The position numbers were made by a program, and so were the translations under genes. Shown one piece after another: positions 41,591 to 45,391 of a stretch of 45,391 bases of DNA. Origin of the DNA: Candidatus Woesearchaeota archaeon (GTDB lineage: Archaea; Nanobdellota; Nanobdellia; Pacearchaeales; GW2011-AR1); NCBI GenBank assembly GCA_964483015.1, contig CAZAAB010000001.1, positions 1 through 45,391 on the forward strand. The letters are read 5' to 3'. The notes below the pieces were generated by a model that worked only from the letters and a program-made list of their open reading frames with translations, had not been told where the DNA came from and ran no database searches. Position 1 is the stretch's first letter; every line of letters begins with the position of its first letter.

Positions 41591-43225
41591 ATGAAGGGAA
41601 AAATTTTAACAGGATTGTTAGGAATTTTACTAATATTAACAGTTAGTTTTGCTTCTGCTTTAAGTATTTCAGCAAGTCCAAGCTCACTAACTTTAAACAG
41701 GTTTGATAATTCTAAAACAATAACCTTAACAAGTACAGATAATTTTGATATTTCTGCAATAAGCCAAAAAACAATCACAGATTCAGATGGAGATTCAATA
41801 ACCTTAACTGTAAGCCCCACTAATTATAATAATGTTACTGAAGCAGAATTTAATATAACAGCTTCAGGAGATTTTGATGATTTAAATTTAGGAGAGTATT
41901 CTACTGAACTTAATTTTAATGCTGTAAATGCAAACAACAGTAATGATACAAGAACAATAAATTATACAGTTAATTTTAACCAGGTTTTTTGTGAAGCTAA
42001 AAACCCTGGAGAATTATCAATTTCTGATATAGAGTTTGATGTAAAGGCTGGATATGGAGATGATGAAGATTTTTGGTACCCTTTAGACGAAATTGAAGTA
42101 GAGTTTGATGTTGAAAATGATGGAGACTGGGATGTAGAAGATATTGAAATTGAAGCTTGTTTATATGATTTAGATGAAGAAGAGTGTGTTATAGATGAGG
42201 GAGATATGGATATAAGCAATGATGATTTTGATTTAGACGAAGACGATGATGAAAAAACAGTAAGATTAACATTTGACTTAGACCCAGACGACTTAAATGA
42301 AGGAAACAATGATTATAGATTATACTTGAGAGCAACAGGAGAGATAGATGATTCAGATGCAGGAGATTTAGACGGCAATGCAACTTGTGTTAGCGATTTT
42401 GAAGATATTGAAATAATAACAGATGACGAGTTTATGGTTTTAGGCAATTTTGATATTCCAGAAACAGTTGGTTGCGATGAAGAATTCCAGGTTTATGCAG
42501 AAGCATGGAATATAGGAGATGATGAATTAGACGATGTTTCTGTAGTTATAAGAAACGAAGAATTAAACATAACCAAAGTATTGTCTTTAGGAGATGTCGA
42601 TTCATTTGACAGCGTAGATGTTTTAACAAACTTGAAAATACCTCAAGATGCAGAAGAAAAAATATACAGCTTGATATTTGAAGTTTTTGATGATGATGGA
42701 GATTTGTTTGAAAATGATGAAGATGATGAAGCAAGAGTACTTAAAAGATTAGAAGTTAAGGGCAATTGTAAAAAAGAAGTAAACGCTTCAATAACAGCTT
42801 CTTTAATTTCATCAGAAGATGCTATTAAGGCAGGAAACACTATTGAGATTAAAACAGAAATAACAAACACAGGAGAACAAGAAACTACATACACTTTAGC
42901 TTTAGACAGGAATGAACTATTTTCAACAGTACAAAATATTCAGCCTTCTTCACTAACCCTTGAACCAGGAGAAGAAGGAAGTTCAACAATAACATTAAAG
43001 TTGTTAGAAGATGCAGAAGGAGAAAAAGTTTTTGATATAAAAACTGTCTTTAATGGAAATGAGATTAAACAGCCAGTATCTTTAACAATAGCAAAGGGAT
43101 TTTCACTAGGAAACTTAGGACAAAGTTTTAAAGATAACTGGTTTATATGGGTGATTGTTCTTATAAACATAGTTTTGATTGTAGCAATAATAATTGTGGC
43201 AGTAAAGATGACAAAATCTTCTTAA
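41591..43225 (+). CDS. highly acidic secreted surface protein with a C-terminal membrane anchor
   Basis: 544 aa; signal peptide (LLGILLILTVSFASA); long Asp/Glu-rich beta-type domains; C-terminal DNWFIWVIVLINIVLIVAIIIVAVKMTKSS. Confidence 0.7.
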   Translation: MKGKILTGLLGILLILTVSFASALSISASPSSLTLNRFDNSKTITLTSTDNFDISAISQKTITDSDGDSITLTVSPTNYNNVTEAEFNITASGDFDDLNLGEYSTELNFNAVNANNSNDTRTINYTVNFNQVFCEAKNPGELSISDIEFDVKAGYGDDEDFWYPLDEIEVEFDVENDGDWDVEDIEIEACLYDLDEEECVIDEGDMDISNDDFDLDEDDDEKTVRLTFDLDPDDLNEGNNDYRLYLRATGEIDDSDAGDLDGNATCVSDFEDIEIITDDEFMVLGNFDIPETVGCDEEFQVYAEAWNIGDDELDDVSVVIRNEELNITKVLSLGDVDSFDSVDVLTNLKIPQDAEEKIYSLIFEVFDDDGDLFENDEDDEARVLKRLEVKGNCKKEVNASITASLISSEDAIKAGNTIEIKTEITNTGEQETTYTLALDRNELFSTVQNIQPSSLTLEPGEEGSSTITLKLLEDAEGEKVFDIKTVFNGNEIKQPVSLTIAKGFSLGNLGQSFKDNWFIWVIVLINIVLIVAIIIVAVKMTKSS

Positions 43226-43273
43226 TTCTTTTAATTTAATAACATATTTAAACCTCATTCCAATTTAATAGAT

Positions 43274-43798
43274 ATGAAAAAAAACAGGTTTTATTTTCTT
43301 ATTTTAAGATACATTATTTTAGTTTTAGTAGCTCTTCCTAACCTGTATCTTTTTTACTCTATTTTTACACCCTTAACTATTTTCCCTGTTTTTTACCTTT
43401 TAAATATTTTTTTTAAAACTTCTTTAACTGATGCAGCAATAACTTTTAACGGAACAACAATACACCTTGTTAAAGCGTGTATTGCTGGCTCAGCATACTA
43501 TCTTCTTTTAATACTTAACTTGACAACTCCCATGAAAATTAAAAAAAGGATATTTTCTATCTTATTTTTATTTTCTTCTTTTCTAATTGTAAATATAGTA
43601 AGAATTCTTTTATTTTCTATAATTCTCCTAACCAGTTTTTCTTTATTTAAAACCCTGCATTTAATAACTTGGTATTTTCTTTCAGCAGCAATAGTCTTTT
43701 TAATCTGGCTTTTAAATATTAAAATATTTAAAATTAAAAAAATCCCTGTTTATTCTGATATTTCTTCTTTATTTAAAGTTGTTAAGAAAAAGAATTAA
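43274..43798 (+). CDS. archaeosortase/exosortase-family-like membrane protein (short, 174 aa)
   Basis: Polytopic; Cys69 in VKACIAGS, Arg110 in NIVRIL, His129 in TLHLITW, in the order and context of the exosortase Cys/Arg/His signature. Confidence 0.5.
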   Translation: MKKNRFYFLILRYIILVLVALPNLYLFYSIFTPLTIFPVFYLLNIFFKTSLTDAAITFNGTTIHLVKACIAGSAYYLLLILNLTTPMKIKKRIFSILFLFSSFLIVNIVRILLFSIILLTSFSLFKTLHLITWYFLSAAIVFLIWLLNIKIFKIKKIPVYSDISSLFKVVKKKN

Positions 43799-44267
43799 AT
43801 AAGTTAATAATTCCTAAACTTGCTAATAAAATTATTATTCCTGCTATCAAAACCCCCAAGGCTATTGCAGGGATGCTTTTCTTTTTTTCTAAGCCTAAGA
43901 GCCAGGCTATTAAACAGCCAGTCCATGCCCCAGTTACAGGCAGTGGAATAGAAACAAACAATGTTAACGCAAAATAGCCAAGAGAAGGCATCCTTTTTTC
44001 AACCTTATCAACCCTTTTCCTTACTCTTTTAACATAAAAATTAAAAATCTTTTTGTATAGATAGATTTTCATAAATGAGTCATGCAAAAAATCAAGAAAA
44101 AAGAAAATTAAAAAAATAACCAGGATATTTAATAAAACTATTAAAGTAAATATTGGCAAAAGGGGGAGGTTGTTTTTTAATGCATAATTTATTGCCAATG
44201 GTAGGCCGCCTCTCAACTCAGTTATAGGAAGCAGAGATAATATCACCCCTATCAATAATTGGTTCAT
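43782..44267 (-). CDS. small membrane protein, COG2426 / small multidrug-export-like family
   Basis: 161 aa, 4-5 TM; LPITELRGGLPLA N-terminal motif. Confidence 0.45.
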   Translation of the reverse strand: MNQLLIGVILSLLPITELRGGLPLAINYALKNNLPLLPIFTLIVLLNILVIFLIFFFLDFLHDSFMKIYLYKKIFNFYVKRVRKRVDKVEKRMPSLGYFALTLFVSIPLPVTGAWTGCLIAWLLGLEKKKSIPAIALGVLIAGIIILLASLGIINLFNSFS

Positions 44268-44270
44268 TTT

Positions 44271-44957
44271 CTAAATAGCTTTATAATCTTTATACCACTC
44301 AATGATAAACTTTTCAGCCAGCTCCATATTTGTACAGTTGGCAACATTTAAAAGATAGCAATTGCCTTTTTGTTCTATACTGCTTTCATTGCTTTTTTTA
44401 AATATAACAGCTTTATAGCTACTTTCACTACAGTTTATGTAAGTGCTTTTTGTCAAGTTTGCTTCTGATTTGTTAGGTGTTCCAGGAAAAGCTTTAACCC
44501 CTATTTGAGAAAAAAAGGGAATAGAAAGAGTAGCTGCAGCTTTAATACTGTCTTTACAGCTTTCAATGTCTTTTTTTGATGAAGCTATTGACATATTTTT
44601 CTTCAATATAATTTCTTCTGTATTAACCTGGATGTATTCTAAGTCTCTGGGATCGTTTCTAAAACTGAAAGGAAGATATTTGATAGTTTCCCCATACTTA
44701 TTTTTTAATGGCAGGTTTGTGTTATAATAAATAATCTTCCCTTCTTTGCCTTTTTTAAATTCTAAACCCTCATACTCAAAAGTTTCTGTACTCTTAACTA
44801 TTAGGTTTATAAGAAAAATAAATGCAATTAACCCAACCATAACAAATATAGCCAATCTAATCTGTTTTTCCTGCTTTTCTTTTTGTTCTTTCTTACTTTT
44901 TTTCTTTTCTTTTTTCTCAATCCCTTCTTTACTTGCCTTGTTTTTTTTCTTTGTCAT
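44271..44957 (-). CDS. membrane-anchored hypothetical protein (Lys-rich N-terminus, one TM, extracytoplasmic Cys-containing domain)
   Basis: ORF architecture only. Confidence 0.5.
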   Translation of the reverse strand: MTKKKNKASKEGIEKKEKKKSKKEQKEKQEKQIRLAIFVMVGLIAFIFLINLIVKSTETFEYEGLEFKKGKEGKIIYYNTNLPLKNKYGETIKYLPFSFRNDPRDLEYIQVNTEEIILKKNMSIASSKKDIESCKDSIKAAATLSIPFFSQIGVKAFPGTPNKSEANLTKSTYINCSESSYKAVIFKKSNESSIEQKGNCYLLNVANCTNMELAEKFIIEWYKDYKAI

Positions 44958-44961
44958 TTTT

Positions 44962-45391
44962 TTAGTTATTTAATTTTAGAAGCTTGTAAATAAAAGCATC
45001 ACTCGCTTTTAGAACATCTTCTTTTTTTGAGTCAATATAAACACAATTATTATTCTGGTTTATTAAGGTTTTGTTTCTCTCTCTGATTATAATCATATTG
45101 TTACTACAGTTTTTTACAGGCAAGTTTTCTTCACAATTTTCAACACATGCAAGCTGTGTTCTTTGTATAAAGTGTTGAAGATTTCTGGCAATTTCTTGAA
45201 CTGCCTGCCTGTTACTTTTGTAATGAAAATATAAAGGTTTGTTGTAATAATCTTGTAAAGTTAATGTTAAAAATCCCGAAGCATTTTGTGTCTGTTCTGG
45301 ATTAAATAAAGTAGAAAACTGGTAACCTTCTATACTAAAATGCCATAACCCATCTTCTTGCAATTCAAATTCAATATCTTTATATTTTACT
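44962..45391 (-). CDS. hypothetical protein, 5' end probably outside the window
   Basis: The reading frame stays open to the window edge; the track start at 45363 is a TTG. Confidence 0.45.
   Translation of the reverse strand, partial: VKYKDIEFELQEDGLWHFSIEGYQFSTLFNPEQTQNASGFLTLTLQDYYNKPLYFHYKSNRQAVQEIARNLQHFIQRTQLACVENCEENLPVKNCSNNMIIIRERNKTLINQNNNCVYIDSKKEDVLKASDAFIYKLLKLNN

Noticed and set aside
41962-43170. Several minus-strand Ser/Leu/His-rich ORFs (41962-42309, 42189-42383, 42546-42734, 42643-42894, 42940-43170)
   Set aside because: They lie antisense to the Asp/Glu-rich surface protein gene and are a compositional artefact.

Overview
AT-rich (about 30% G+C by eye), tightly packed window with few ORFs that I cannot assign. 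The gene content is archaeal and looks like a reduced DPANN-type genome (Pacearchaeota/Woesearchaeota-like). That taxon call is inference from the archaeal or eukaryotic-type ribosomal proteins, small genes and Lys/Glu-rich tails.

Main content:
- **AglB region (356-3055, minus strand).** An AglB/STT3 oligosaccharyltransferase flanked by two unlisted zinc-ribbon mini-ORFs.
- **Ribosomal superoperon (6.2-20.6 kb, minus strand).** The order is uL3-uL4-[DEDDh exonuclease]-uL23-uL2-uS19-uL22-uS3-uL29-SUI1-uS17-uL14-[124-aa ORF]-uL24-eS4-uL5-uS14-uS8-uL6-eL32-eL19-uL18-uS5-uL30-[88-aa ORF]-uL15-SecY-DUF106-PfdA. The three bracketed non-ribosomal ORFs are joined to their neighbours by 1-4 nt start/stop overlaps or a 1-nt gap.
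- **AMP salvage.** AMP phosphorylase (23215-24690) and an eIF-2B-family putative ribose-1,5-bisphosphate isomerase (4233-5066). No RuBisCO is in the window.
- **Surface proteins.** Two secreted proteins with C-terminal membrane anchors. One is rich in N-glycosylation sequons and split by a frameshift. The other is very acidic and lies next to a 174-aa archaeosortase-like protein.
- **Stalk operon (minus strand).** uL1-uL10(P0)-P1, followed by an intron-containing tRNA-Ser.
- **Other translation and tRNA genes.** Taw1/TYW1, an M50 protease, eL40, and an aIF5A with Arg at the hypusine position.
- **Plus-strand cluster.** FtsZ-secE-[IS481-like insertion]-Spt5-uL11-tRNA-Pro-eL43-RpoP-PfdB-SepF, then a shortened Dph2-like gene ending in a 26-bp x3 tandem repeat.

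A palindromic TTTATAAA box sits 19-23 nt upstream of many start codons and both tRNAs, which suggests mostly leaderless transcripts. I saw no rRNA and no CRISPR array. All calls come from reading motifs by eye; no searches were run.
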